Assembly: GCA_017621795.1 (NCBI GenBank)
Contig: JAGASJ010000004.1
Span: 14,988 to 78,987, forward strand
From: Oscillospiraceae bacterium
GTDB lineage: Bacteria; Bacillota; Clostridia; Oscillospirales; Oscillospiraceae
Reading direction: 5' to 3'
DNA length: 64,000 nucleotides
The translations under genes were made by a program, and so were the position numbers. The notes under the pieces were generated by a model that did no database searches, was not told the DNA's origin, and saw only the letters and a program-made list of their open reading frames with translations. This document shows positions 29,272-39,632 of this stretch, in pieces. Each line of letters begins with the position of its first letter. Position 1 is the stretch's first letter.

Positions 29272-31533
29272 TTACTTTGTGATGAAGAAATCATAGACGG
29301 TAAACGCCTTATCCGGCAGCAAAACCACCTGACCTGCGTCGTTGGTCTGCACGTTGTCAAATGTCAGGGAAATCTCTGCCACATCTGCAAGATCCACTTC
29401 CGCATCACTCAGGTTTACCTTGACCTGCCGTGTTTTGCCTACACCGCAGTAGCTTGTGTCCACGGTGACCTTTTCCATATCCTTGGTTACCAGGACGATC
29501 TGCATGGTGATATCCTCTGTGCCGGTATTTTCGTATGTGAAGCGCAGGGTCTTTGCCCCGTCCATAGAGGATACCTTTGCTTTGTAGCTTGGGCGGAACA
29601 TTTTGGTTTTGGCACCCACATTCTCGTCCTTGTCCTTATATTCAGAGCGGATGACCACTGCCTCCTGCCCTTCGGGGAGGGCGGAAATCTGAACGGTTTC
29701 CCCATCAGCCGGGTCATATCTCAGCGTCCCCTGATTTTTCAGGGTCAAGATCCGCTGGGCAAGCTCCGCTCTCGCGGCGTACAGCGCCTCATCGCTTTGC
29801 TTGGCCACCACACCGGTGAACAACGTGCTGTACAGGTCGTCCACGTAGGCATTGAAATCAAAGTCTGTAATGCCCTGCTCCTGTGCGTACTCCTGCAGCA
29901 GGTGCTCATAAACGCAAAGCATATCATACTCGTCCATACCGTCCCGGTATGCGGCAAGTCTGACCGTTCCGAAGGGCTCATCACTGCTGTAGTATCTGCC
30001 GGGGTAGAACAAAAAGCCGTCGCCGTTGACCTCGTAGTATCTGGCAGGTGTTCCGTATAAGTCAATATACTCGTCGGAAGGGGCGTTTGTCAGATAGGCG
30101 TAGTTATTGACCTTATAGTACAGATAGCCCGTGATGCCGTGGGCTTTTTCCATCCAGCCGCACACCCGCATATCCAGGATCTTATCGTCAATATGGAAGG
30201 TGGGGTAGGGATCCACAGGGCCGGAGCAGGTGTATGCCCACAGGTCGCCGTTGCTATGGTCCATTGCCGCGTCCTGATACTGATTCAGGACAGAAGTGTT
30301 ATTGTACAGGCTCAGGTACGGGCAGAAGGTGGCATTCAGCTCCCCTACCCATTCCTCTACGAAGTTTACGTTGGTAAACACCACAGGGATGGTCAAAATG
30401 GCATCTTTCATCTGCTGGGCAAATTCCGGTGTCTGCCGGGCAAACCAGCCGTCCTCCTCCAGCTGCTGTATCGCCAGCTCCAACGTCTTCTGAAGCTTGC
30501 CGTCCTCTCGGTACAGCTCCGTAGCAGGATCCCATCTGCCTTCCACCACATCCGCTTCATCATAGGAGGACGGATAGAAATAGAGGTATTGCACATAGTT
30601 CAGCTCTTCAGTGGAGATGTCCACCAGCGCCCGAATATAGTCTACCACCATTTGAGCAGGCTCGGAAACCGTGCCGTCTACATAGACCTGATAATCCAGA
30701 TGCAGATCTACCGGCAGTGCCAGAGAATTGCCGTTTTCACTTTCAAAGATCCACTGGGCTTCCCGGGCATAGTTTTCCGGGGTGTAGTAGGTTCTGACTA
30801 CAAAGGGATTTGCTTTGTATTCCAGCAGCTTCTCAATGTAAGCTGCCACCACCTCATCAGAATTGCTGTATTCGCCCACAATCAGCTCATCCCGATAGAT
30901 CATAAAGCAGGACTGAAATTGCCGTCTGCCCTCATAGCGAATATCCCACACTTCCACGCTGACGGGAATTTCGGTTTTTTCACCGTTGAGTTCCAGTGTA
31001 AAGCTGCCGGTATACACACCTGCAGGCACATCTTTGGAATGAAATTCCACGGTAATGCCCTGATTTTGATTGGCGGAGATGGTGTTTTCGCCGTAATTGA
31101 CCGCAATATCCAGCGGCAGAAGCATATCCGGGATGGAATCGCCGGCCTGGAATGCCTCATCTCCGTTATAATTGGTTTTGATGGTCTGATATTTTTGATG
31201 ATAGATCTGAATGTTTTCCGCCGGGAAAACATCGCCGTTTTCATTTTCCAGTATTCCGGCAATAAGATGATAAGTGAGATCCTCCCCTGCCGTTACAATC
31301 AGCTGCGCGCCCTCGTACTCGTTTTGCATCATCTGCACCGAAAGCGCCCCATCCTGCTTCTGATAGGCTTCATTTCTGCCGGTCTGCTGAATCACCTTTG
31401 TGGTATTGTAGGTACTCCAAACGCTGGTCTCCAGCTTTGGCTGCTCCTGTTTCTGCTTCCCGCATCCCACCACAGCAAGCACAGCCGCGCCGACAACAAC
31501 GCCGGCAAGGATCCTTTTTATTTGTTTTTTCAC
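29272..31533 (-). CDS. DUF4091-domain (GH123-like) glycoside hydrolase lipoprotein
   Basis: GTG start 31533; lipobox VVGC; NEYEGAQL, DEAD, WAYTC, GYLYY, NGDGFLFYPG, TVRLAAYRDGMDEYD. Confidence 0.8.
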   Translation of the reverse strand: MKKQIKRILAGVVVGAAVLAVVGCGKQKQEQPKLETSVWSTYNTTKVIQQTGRNEAYQKQDGALSVQMMQNEYEGAQLIVTAGEDLTYHLIAGILENENGDVFPAENIQIYHQKYQTIKTNYNGDEAFQAGDSIPDMLLPLDIAVNYGENTISANQNQGITVEFHSKDVPAGVYTGSFTLELNGEKTEIPVSVEVWDIRYEGRRQFQSCFMIYRDELIVGEYSNSDEVVAAYIEKLLEYKANPFVVRTYYTPENYAREAQWIFESENGNSLALPVDLHLDYQVYVDGTVSEPAQMVVDYIRALVDISTEELNYVQYLYFYPSSYDEADVVEGRWDPATELYREDGKLQKTLELAIQQLEEDGWFARQTPEFAQQMKDAILTIPVVFTNVNFVEEWVGELNATFCPYLSLYNNTSVLNQYQDAAMDHSNGDLWAYTCSGPVDPYPTFHIDDKILDMRVCGWMEKAHGITGYLYYKVNNYAYLTNAPSDEYIDLYGTPARYYEVNGDGFLFYPGRYYSSDEPFGTVRLAAYRDGMDEYDMLCVYEHLLQEYAQEQGITDFDFNAYVDDLYSTLFTGVVAKQSDEALYAARAELAQRILTLKNQGTLRYDPADGETVQISALPEGQEAVVIRSEYKDKDENVGAKTKMFRPSYKAKVSSMDGAKTLRFTYENTGTEDITMQIVLVTKDMEKVTVDTSYCGVGKTRQVKVNLSDAEVDLADVAEISLTFDNVQTNDAGQVVLLPDKAFTVYDFFITK

Positions 31534-31564
31534 GCAAGCGCTCCTTTTCCAACGTGCCGGGCAC

Positions 31565-33100
31565 TTAGTAGCCCGTGATGGATGACCAGTTGTTTTGCAG
31601 GTACTTATTGTTCTTGGCGCAAATTTCCTCAGGCGTGCTGCCGTCCAACAGTGCACGGACAAAATTGTTGCTGCCGTTATACCAGTATCGGCTGACACCG
31701 CCAATAGCATAAACCTTTGCCTTCACATAGCCGTCGTACTCACAGATATAGCCCTCGGCCAGCACCTCGTTGACGCTTCTACGGAATGTAGAGATCTCCA
31801 CAGAGCGATCGTAGCCCGCAGTGTTCTCAATAGGCAGCTGGTTGCCGTTGGTTGCTTCGTAGTAGATGTTCAGGCCCTCATCAGAGCACATAAACTTCAG
31901 AAAATCCTTGGCGGTATCCAACTGGTTGGAGTAGGCCGGGATCAGCGCAGTGTGGTCAAAGCCGCTGCGGGTGTAGGAATTTCTGCGGGCATCCCGCACG
32001 ATTTCGATGTCCTCCTGGGATACACCTGCAGGTGCCTCCCCTTCTCCGTCCACATAGCGGATCACAGCGGAAAGTGTTTCGTCGTCGGAAACCGTTTCCA
32101 TTCTGTTTACCAGACTGCTGATGATCGGCATCTTAATAAAATCAATGTTTGTATTATAGTAGGCATTGCCCATCTCTGTTTCCAGCCACGCACCGTTGAC
32201 GCAGAACAATGCCTCGTCCAGCATAAATACGCTCTGCATATCCGTAAAGGAGGAAGACGAGGAGATGGAATGCTGATAGCCGTTATCCTTGTCCACCAAT
32301 CGGTCGATCACCTTCAGTGCTTCCACCTGGCCGTCATAGGCGTACAGGTTAAAGGAGTTTTCGCCCATGGGGTCTAAGCCGTTGTTGTAATAGGCCATAC
32401 TCTCACTGCCCTCGTACTGGGAGAACCAAACAGGGGCAACAGAGGAATAATACTCTGCTTCCAGGGAGTAGATAAAGGGAGCTGTACCCAGTGCCTTCAC
32501 CCGGTCACACAGCGCAAACAGCTCTTCGGTGGTGCGGGGCACATCCTCGTCGGTGAGGCCCAGCTTGTCCCACACGTTTTTGTTGCGGACAATCCCCATA
32601 ATGCCGTTTGCCCAGGGCAGGCCGTAATACTTACCGTCTACGTTATAGTATTCTTCAAAGGCAGGGTCCATTTTTTCCTTGATGGTCTTGCCCTCACCTT
32701 CGCTTGCCACACTGTTCCACACATCGGTCAGATCCGCAAATTCACAGTCGTAATTGGTGCCGCCGATATTGACGCCGCCTTTGTAAATGGACTTGAAAAA
32801 CTCCTGCGCTCTTGTAAAGAAAATGTCGGTTTCCGATACCTGGGACTGCATCTCGCCCTTGATGGCGGACAGGCCAGCGTCACCGATTTTGGAGATCACC
32901 TTCACATCGGTGCCTGTTTTTTCCTCATAAGCCGCTGCAATGGACCTCAGCCATTCATCGCCGTAGCCCAGCTTGACCACGGTAATCACCAGGGTGTCAC
33001 CGCCAGCCCCACTCTGCTGCTTGGAGCAGCCGGCAAATACCGATAGCAGCATCACACCGATCAGTACCAATGCCAAAAGCTTCTTACACATAATCTTCAT
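31565..33100 (-). CDS. Carbohydrate ABC transporter solute-binding lipoprotein
   Basis: Lipobox FAGC; GYGDEWL; DGKYYGLPW; follows two permease genes. Confidence 0.9.
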   Translation of the reverse strand: MKIMCKKLLALVLIGVMLLSVFAGCSKQQSGAGGDTLVITVVKLGYGDEWLRSIAAAYEEKTGTDVKVISKIGDAGLSAIKGEMQSQVSETDIFFTRAQEFFKSIYKGGVNIGGTNYDCEFADLTDVWNSVASEGEGKTIKEKMDPAFEEYYNVDGKYYGLPWANGIMGIVRNKNVWDKLGLTDEDVPRTTEELFALCDRVKALGTAPFIYSLEAEYYSSVAPVWFSQYEGSESMAYYNNGLDPMGENSFNLYAYDGQVEALKVIDRLVDKDNGYQHSISSSSSFTDMQSVFMLDEALFCVNGAWLETEMGNAYYNTNIDFIKMPIISSLVNRMETVSDDETLSAVIRYVDGEGEAPAGVSQEDIEIVRDARRNSYTRSGFDHTALIPAYSNQLDTAKDFLKFMCSDEGLNIYYEATNGNQLPIENTAGYDRSVEISTFRRSVNEVLAEGYICEYDGYVKAKVYAIGGVSRYWYNGSNNFVRALLDGSTPEEICAKNNKYLQNNWSSITGY

Positions 33101-33133
33101 AATAAAACTCCCTTCAAGATATCTCGGATTCAC

Positions 33134-34030
33134 TCAGCCTTTCAGGCCGCCTAAGTGCACTTTTTCCATAATCGTGTTTTGGAACAGCACAAACAGAATC
33201 AAAATCGGCACAAGGGAAATCAAAACGCCTGCAAAATACGCCGGAATGTTTCCCATATATTTCCCCACTTCCTCATAGGCATAAACCGCAAAGGACAGAT
33301 TGGGATAGTCCTGCATATACAGCAGGGTCGATTCATAATCGTTCCAGCCGGAAATAAACTGCATAATAAACAGTGCGGAAATACTGGGCTTCGCCATTGG
33401 CAGCATCACCTTGAAAAACACCTGATAGTGGCTGGCGCCGTCAATGAAGGCCGCTTCCGCATATTCCCAGGACAGGGACTTAAAAAACGCGTGCATATAA
33501 AAGAAATTTGCCCCGTACAGGGTAACGCTCGTAATCAGGATGAGGGGGTTATTGATCAGCCCCATTTCATCATACAGCCGGTATATGGAACCGGCAGAGC
33601 CGTAAAGCGGCAGAATGGCCACCACGATTCCGATGCTGTACAGCAGCCTTGTAAATCGGCAGCGGTAAAATACCAATATGTAACAAACCATAGCACAGGA
33701 GCCTACCGCCAACACCGCACTGATGGTAGTGCGCCAAATGGAATTCCATGTGATGGTCCAAAAGGTATCCACCGCATTGATTTTTCCCAATTCGTTAAAG
33801 GCAGACAGAAAGTTCTTCAGCGTGGCGTTTTCCGGAATGGACAATAGGTCCTTATGCAGCCGATCTATTGTAAATTCCGCCATATTGGGACGAATCGCGA
33901 GCAGGGCACCAAACAGGAAGAAGAAAAGCACATAAGCTGTGTACAGCGCAAGAACGGTCCAGGCGATCGTATATACGATTTTCTGAGAAAAGGGTTTTCG
34001 CGCCAGTCGCTTGCCTTTACGTTGCATCAT
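33134..34030 (-). CDS. Carbohydrate ABC transporter permease (MalG-type)
   Basis: EAAFIDGAS EAA motif, WNDY, multiple TM segments. Confidence 0.93.
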   Translation of the reverse strand: MMQRKGKRLARKPFSQKIVYTIAWTVLALYTAYVLFFFLFGALLAIRPNMAEFTIDRLHKDLLSIPENATLKNFLSAFNELGKINAVDTFWTITWNSIWRTTISAVLAVGSCAMVCYILVFYRCRFTRLLYSIGIVVAILPLYGSAGSIYRLYDEMGLINNPLILITSVTLYGANFFYMHAFFKSLSWEYAEAAFIDGASHYQVFFKVMLPMAKPSISALFIMQFISGWNDYESTLLYMQDYPNLSFAVYAYEEVGKYMGNIPAYFAGVLISLVPILILFVLFQNTIMEKVHLGGLKG

Positions 34031-34031
34031 A

Positions 34032-34955
34032 TCAACGCTCCTCCTTTCCGTATACCACCCGCTTGACCATAAATACCAAAGGCAGAGATACCAAGGTCAT
34101 GGTAATGCCGATGGCAGAGGCCAGGTTCAGATCCGTGACGCCGGTTCCCACGCCACTGACCAGTCGGTATATATAGAAGGACAGTGTCATCGTTCCTGCC
34201 TCCCCTTTTGTAAAGGCCAAAATGGGGCCGGTGCTTCCCAAAATGCCCGCCGTGCTGAGAATGATAATGGTAGATACGGTGGGCCAAATGGTGGGCAAAA
34301 TGATTTTGGTCAGCTCCTTGGACCAGGTGCAGCCGTCTACCCGGGCTGCTTCGATCATTTCCTTATTGATGCTGTTCATCGCACTGCCCAGGACAATGAT
34401 GTTGGTACCAAAGCCAAAGGATACGCAGTAGAAGATGATCGTCAGCATGGCAGCGGGCTGTGATGTCAGGGGATTGACATATTCCTGTCCCGCCGCTGAC
34501 ATCACCATATCCAGCGGACCGCCCTGACCGACTGCGTACTTAAAAAGCACCACCAACGCAGAGCTGGTTATGATCTGAGGCAGGTACATCACCGCCCGAA
34601 ACAGCTTTGTGCCGGGAAGCTTCACATAGAAGAAATAGCACGCCAGCACCGAAAGAGGCAAACCGATCAACATACCGGCCGCCCACAGGCTCAGGGTATT
34701 CAGCAGCGCCAGCAGCAATTCTCCACCGGCACCGTCGCCGGTAAACAGCTCCTTGACCCGAATGAAGTTCTCCATACTCCAGCGGTCTGCCTGTCCTTCA
34801 TAGCCCGGTCTTTGAAAAGCCATAACGATGGAATTGAAATTGGCATATACATAAAAAATCAAAAAACTCAGGATCGGAAGCGCAAGGAATGTAAACATAA
34901 ACATACGGCGCTGAAACTGTACCCTGCGTTTTTCTTTTGAAATTCTTTTACGCAT
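34032..34955 (-). CDS. Carbohydrate ABC transporter permease (MalF-type)
   Basis: EAARVDGC EAA motif, FRAVMYLP, TM segments. Confidence 0.93.
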   Translation of the reverse strand: MRKRISKEKRRVQFQRRMFMFTFLALPILSFLIFYVYANFNSIVMAFQRPGYEGQADRWSMENFIRVKELFTGDGAGGELLLALLNTLSLWAAGMLIGLPLSVLACYFFYVKLPGTKLFRAVMYLPQIITSSALVVLFKYAVGQGGPLDMVMSAAGQEYVNPLTSQPAAMLTIIFYCVSFGFGTNIIVLGSAMNSINKEMIEAARVDGCTWSKELTKIILPTIWPTVSTIIILSTAGILGSTGPILAFTKGEAGTMTLSFYIYRLVSGVGTGVTDLNLASAIGITMTLVSLPLVFMVKRVVYGKEER

Positions 34956-34965
34956 TTCCTACCTC

Positions 34966-36567
34966 CTATAACTGGCTCACGGATACAAAGCCGCGATAGG
35001 AATTGAACTGGGTCTCCCACGGCGCATAGGGCAGAAGGACCTCCTCCAGCTCCGGGATGCTGTCGCATATACCGTCCAGGTATTCCCGGATCCGCTGTGC
35101 GCCGTCCTGAAGCCTTGCCCGCAGACCGCCCAGACGGATCTCCTGGATATCCCATCCGTAGGGCTTATAATCCCGCATCCAAACGGTCCTAAAGGTATCC
35201 CGAAATCTTTTGATGCGCTCCACGGCCTGTTGGTAATCCAAAATCAGTGCCCGCAGGGCTTGCTTATCCCCCCGAACATAGGCATCCCGTGTCCACAGAC
35301 CCAGCTCTGCCTTGATATCCAGCGCCCAGCACAGCGCCTCCATATTTTCAAAAAGGTACGCATACTGTCCCATACGCTTGCCTGTTTCGTGAAGCTGCCG
35401 GGCATAGTCGGCATAGGGAATGTGCTCCACTTCCCCAAGGGCATAATCCTTCAGGCCCAGGAAGCAGTCATTATACAGCAGGCTCTTACAGGAATTATCC
35501 GGCCTGTCCGCATTGGGATTTTTACTGTTTTTGGTGGGGATATCCAGTAGCATAAAGTCATCAAAAGCAACGCCGAAAAGCTCCTCAAAGCCCTTTTTGA
35601 TGGCATCCATATCCGTATTGCCATCGGCAAACTGCCTTGCCGCGTAAAGTGACGGCAAAACGGAAAAATAAGAACAGTCGTTGCCGTCATCTCCCCACAT
35701 AGTGATCAGCACATTTTGAATACCGTGCTTCCGAACCTGACTCATAGAGGCACCCAGGCTTCGCAGGGAAAACCCGTTTTGCGGTGCAAAGCCGTTCCAC
35801 GTCCAGGCACCGCCGGCAAACCAAAGCTCCCGTTCAAACTGCTTGTGGACCGTCATCATTTGGCTGTATTTGGCTTCATCGTCGGAGTAATAGTCCCAAT
35901 AGCAGATCTCCACCTCCGCAGGAACCATATCCTTTACCTTCTCGGCAATGGTTCTGTCCCGTTCATCGTAGCAGTAATTGCCGTGATTGAGCAGGCGGAA
36001 GAACATATCACTCCACATATGTACCCGAAAGCCGTATTTTTCGGCAATCTCGATCACTCTTTTTAAATGCCGAACCAGCAGGGACAATCGGCTCTGATAG
36101 CCGTGCTTTTCCAAATGCCGTCCCAAGCCCACCTTGAAGGCTTCATCAAAGCCGATGTTCACCTTTCGGGAGGAAAAGCCTTCCGCGATCGCTGCAAACA
36201 TCTTCTCGATCAGCGCATAGGTTTTGGGCTCATCGATCAGCAAAACGTCATCAATATCTACGATATCTCCGTAGTGAGGCAGCTTTACCAGATTGGTCAT
36301 GTGGGCCAGGGTCTGGATCACCGGAACCAACTCGATGCCTTTATCTTTTGCGTAGGCATCCATTTCCCGCAGCTCCTCTTTGGTGTAACCCCCTCGGAGA
36401 TAGCCGAAATAAGGCTCCTCGTCGATCTTATAAACATCATCTATGCAAATCTCCAAAAGTGTATAGTTCATCTTTGCCAAATGATCAATCAGCTCTTTTA
36501 CCCTGTCGACCCGCATTACACCGTTGCTGGAGCAGCATATCATAGCGCCAAAATTTTTGTAGGGCAT
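34966..36567 (-). CDS. GH20 beta-N-acetylhexosaminidase (paralog of 5885-7465)
   Basis: EPYFGYLRGGY, IQTLAH, NIGFDEA, MWSDMFF, TMWGDDG. Confidence 0.9.
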   Translation of the reverse strand: MPYKNFGAMICCSSNGVMRVDRVKELIDHLAKMNYTLLEICIDDVYKIDEEPYFGYLRGGYTKEELREMDAYAKDKGIELVPVIQTLAHMTNLVKLPHYGDIVDIDDVLLIDEPKTYALIEKMFAAIAEGFSSRKVNIGFDEAFKVGLGRHLEKHGYQSRLSLLVRHLKRVIEIAEKYGFRVHMWSDMFFRLLNHGNYCYDERDRTIAEKVKDMVPAEVEICYWDYYSDDEAKYSQMMTVHKQFERELWFAGGAWTWNGFAPQNGFSLRSLGASMSQVRKHGIQNVLITMWGDDGNDCSYFSVLPSLYAARQFADGNTDMDAIKKGFEELFGVAFDDFMLLDIPTKNSKNPNADRPDNSCKSLLYNDCFLGLKDYALGEVEHIPYADYARQLHETGKRMGQYAYLFENMEALCWALDIKAELGLWTRDAYVRGDKQALRALILDYQQAVERIKRFRDTFRTVWMRDYKPYGWDIQEIRLGGLRARLQDGAQRIREYLDGICDSIPELEEVLLPYAPWETQFNSYRGFVSVSQL

Positions 36568-36648
36568 TGTACGATTTTATCCTTTCCCGCTATGATCGGA
36601 GACAAAAATGCGCTTTTTCCGCACATAGCGATAATCATCCATACTGGA

Positions 36649-36703
36649 ATTATATCAATCATTGATATCGTTTGCAATACATTTTATCAATTTTTGATAA
36701 AAT
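36649..36703 (-). promoter_or_regulatory. Sigma-A promoter of the glycan operon overlapped by two palindromic operators
   Basis: Minus strand TTGCAA (36672-36677)-17 bp-TATAAT (36649-36654); palindromes ATATCAAT-C-ATTGATAT (36652-36668) and ATTTTATCAA-TTT-TTGATAAAAT (36681-36703). Confidence 0.7.
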
Positions 36704-36714
36704 TAACAAAAAGC

Positions 36715-36751
36715 CACCCCTCCCTTTGTGTACATTGTCAGGGAGGGGTGT
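36715..36751 (-). terminator. Terminator of ROK gene
   Basis: CACCCTCCCT...AGGGAGGGGTG stem followed on the minus strand by GCTTTTT. Confidence 0.6.
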
Positions 36752-36755
36752 AAAA

Positions 36756-37865
36756 TTATAGAGTTGCAACGGCTTTTTCGCTGATGATCATTGCCGCGCC
36801 AATGGCTTTCATCTCCGAAAGCGCTTTGGAAATGATGATTTGTACCTCCGGGTCAAAGCTGACCGCCTTTACGATCCTGCTGATCTCATCATAAAGGATC
36901 TTCTGTTGTACGCCGTCAATATTCAGAATGATTACCTCCGGATTCAGATAATTATTGGCTATAGACAGCGCAAAGCCAAAATATCTGCCCAACTGCTGAT
37001 AAATGGCGGTGCAGTGGTCGTCGCCCTGCTCCAAAAGGCGTACAAATTCCTCATAGGTAAGGGTTTTCCCGGTCCTGCTGCGATACGCTTCCAGCAGTCC
37101 GTTTGCAGACAGGTAGTCTTCCAAATGGTGCCAGGTGCCATCCTTGGTGATATCCACCGGGTTGCATCCCACCTCCCCTGCACGTCCCCGAATACCGTGG
37201 CAGATCTGCCCTCTGGTCATAATGGAGATGCCTGCACCAAACATGGGGTTGAATGTGAGCAAAGTGGCCTCTGTGACCTGCCGGTTTTTCAGACAGCCTA
37301 CAAAACGCTCTGCCAGCATCGCACAGTTGGGATCGTGCTCGGTATAAGTCTGCAGACCGTATCGATCCTTCATAATATCCTTCAAGGGTACATTCTCCCA
37401 GTCCTTGATCCCTGAGATCAGCACAGAAACGCCCTCATAGATCTCCACGATGCCCTGCACCGAAAAGCCGATGCCCCAGACGGTTTTATCCGAAAATGCC
37501 TCCAAAAATGCATCCGTCATTTTGAAGATCTCCTGCAAAACCTCCTCTTTTTCAGGCGTTTGGAATATCTGCTCCCGCTTCATCACGATCCGACCACGCA
37601 GATCTGTAACGACGCCTAAAAGACCACACTGGCTTAAATCAATGCCAATGCACAGATGGTCTGCGGAATTGACATCAAATTCCTCCGCCTTTCTGCCCAC
37701 ATCGCTGGTTTGGCGCACACTGGGAACCACAAATCTGTCTTCCACAAGCTGGGTGATCAATCCCGATACAGTTCCCCAGCTGACGCCGGTGCGTTCCTGC
37801 AGTTCCTTCTTGGATATGGGCCCGTGCTTTATAATTTGTCGCATCAGCTGCTCTAATTTGGTCAT
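36756..37865 (-). CDS. ROK family transcriptional regulator
   Basis: N-terminal HTH (GPISKKELQERTGVSWGTVS), GRK, IGIDL, HDPNCAMLAE, GRAGEVG. Confidence 0.92.
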   Translation of the reverse strand: MTKLEQLMRQIIKHGPISKKELQERTGVSWGTVSGLITQLVEDRFVVPSVRQTSDVGRKAEEFDVNSADHLCIGIDLSQCGLLGVVTDLRGRIVMKREQIFQTPEKEEVLQEIFKMTDAFLEAFSDKTVWGIGFSVQGIVEIYEGVSVLISGIKDWENVPLKDIMKDRYGLQTYTEHDPNCAMLAERFVGCLKNRQVTEATLLTFNPMFGAGISIMTRGQICHGIRGRAGEVGCNPVDITKDGTWHHLEDYLSANGLLEAYRSRTGKTLTYEEFVRLLEQGDDHCTAIYQQLGRYFGFALSIANNYLNPEVIILNIDGVQQKILYDEISRIVKAVSFDPEVQIIISKALSEMKAIGAAMIISEKAVATL

Positions 37866-38006
37866 CCCCTGCTGCCCCCTCGCTCAAGCAATTCCTTTTT
37901 CCAAAGATATTGCGGTGATTATACCATATTTTTCCGTTTTTCGCAAGCGCAATTCCCACGCCCCCGGATTGGACAGCGCCGCAAGATCCTCATTCTACAA
38001 CAGCTT

Positions 38007-39455
38007 TTATGTATCCAAGCACTCTTTTATGTATGCCACCACGCCGGCAGACCAACCGTGGCACAGGCTTCTGCGGAAGCCGATATAGCAGTGCATACCG
38101 TAGTCGCCGTGACAGTCGGGCTTATCTTCCCGGGGAAGGACATCAACAGGTGTTCCCCCCAGCTGCTCCGGCTCAAAATCCTCCCAAAAAGTGGTAGCAC
38201 CCAGCTTCAGCATACCGCCGTAGTATTCCTTGAGCATGGCATTTGCCAGCTCCGGGGAAAAATCATGGACTGCCTTCAAAATATAATAGCTCATAAATGT
38301 GGACATTCCGGTAACGCCGCCGGACAAAAGGATCTCCTTTTCTTCCAGGGAAAGTGCTCCTACTGCCCAGTACTTTAATGCCGCCACCAGCTTGGTAACC
38401 GGACGGATCTCCTGCTTCATCAGTCGGGAAAGCTGCTCCCGTGCCCCATCTGTATTTCTTCCGAAGTGCTCCAGTAAGGAAACGGCGGCTTTTCCCGCCA
38501 TAATGTTGATGGCGCGAACACCCTCCATCAGCTCCGGCTTATCGGCATGCGGCCAGTCCAAAAAACAGCCGGTATGGTGTATATTTCCCTCTTCGTCCAC
38601 ATACAAAGCCAGCTGCCTGACCAACGCCTCCAGGTAGTCCATCTGCTTTTGCACGAAGTCCTCCGCCCCTGTGCGGCTTAAATACTCCTGCAGTGCAATG
38701 ATCCACCACATGGAATAGACCGGCTGATAATTCATATAATCCGGAAGCACCGCCTGCTTGCGTGCAAAATCTATGGTATTTTCCACTTCCTTGGTCCGTC
38801 CGTAAATGGTGGTCATGGCCAGTAGCTCCGGTGTCAGATCTCCCACCCACACCAGCCGATCCCGTTTGATGCCGTCCCAAATATAGCCGCTTCCGGCACA
38901 CAGGTCTACTGTGCGTTTGGCAACCGAAAAAATCTTCTCGATTTCACGGTCGCCCCGGTAGATATATTTTGCTCGACGGGAAAGGATGATATTGGTACAG
39001 GGCACACTTTTGATCGTGCACTCCCCTGAAAAATCCAATCGGACAAAACGAAAGCCTGTATCCCCAAAGGGCATATCCGACCAGCTTGGCAGTACCGTGC
39101 ATAAATCTCTGACCGCGTGGTCATTGGTGGCGTTCTGTCGGGCGGCCTTTTCATCCATTTGGCGTTTCTTGGTCTTGCCGGAAAACTCCTCCCCGGCTCC
39201 CAGCTCGGCACAGCACTCCCCTACGCTTTCTCCAAAGCGCACACGCACAGAAGAAAGGTCGGAGCTGTGCGCCAAAATGCGGATGCCGCCCCGCATTTCC
39301 TTGCCGTAGTCCAAAATAATATGGCTCCCGGCGTGAAATACCGCCAAATTGTGTTCGATCAGATCGATCTGCAGGTCCTGATGCAGCAAAAGATGCTCCG
39401 GGTGCTCCACTCCCGCGCAGTCAATAATTCGTTTGGGATAAATGGTCTGTTGCAT
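38007..39455 (-). CDS. GH78-like alpha-L-rhamnosidase (short form)
   Basis: WDGIKRDRLVWVGD, GATTFWEDF, SLCHGWS. Confidence 0.85.
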   Translation of the reverse strand: MQQTIYPKRIIDCAGVEHPEHLLLHQDLQIDLIEHNLAVFHAGSHIILDYGKEMRGGIRILAHSSDLSSVRVRFGESVGECCAELGAGEEFSGKTKKRQMDEKAARQNATNDHAVRDLCTVLPSWSDMPFGDTGFRFVRLDFSGECTIKSVPCTNIILSRRAKYIYRGDREIEKIFSVAKRTVDLCAGSGYIWDGIKRDRLVWVGDLTPELLAMTTIYGRTKEVENTIDFARKQAVLPDYMNYQPVYSMWWIIALQEYLSRTGAEDFVQKQMDYLEALVRQLALYVDEEGNIHHTGCFLDWPHADKPELMEGVRAINIMAGKAAVSLLEHFGRNTDGAREQLSRLMKQEIRPVTKLVAALKYWAVGALSLEEKEILLSGGVTGMSTFMSYYILKAVHDFSPELANAMLKEYYGGMLKLGATTFWEDFEPEQLGGTPVDVLPREDKPDCHGDYGMHCYIGFRRSLCHGWSAGVVAYIKECLDT

Positions 39456-39632
39456 AATCCGCACTCCTAAAGTTTGTAGATTTTTTAAATTCTACCATTC
39501 CATTCGGCAAATTGCAATAGCTTGACGCTTTTTTGCAGTTCGCCCAATCCGCTGATCGTAAGCTTTCCCTCATCGGGCAGAACAAAGGAACACGAATAAC
39601 AATTTATGCTTTTCCCATCGTGCTTATTCCTT

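Noticed and set aside
29272-31710. N-terminal extensions in the ORF track (also starts at 3152, 4614, 33133, 61384, 63686)
   Set aside because: Downstream starts have an RBS and give proper signal peptides or family N-termini, and several extensions overlap the upstream gene
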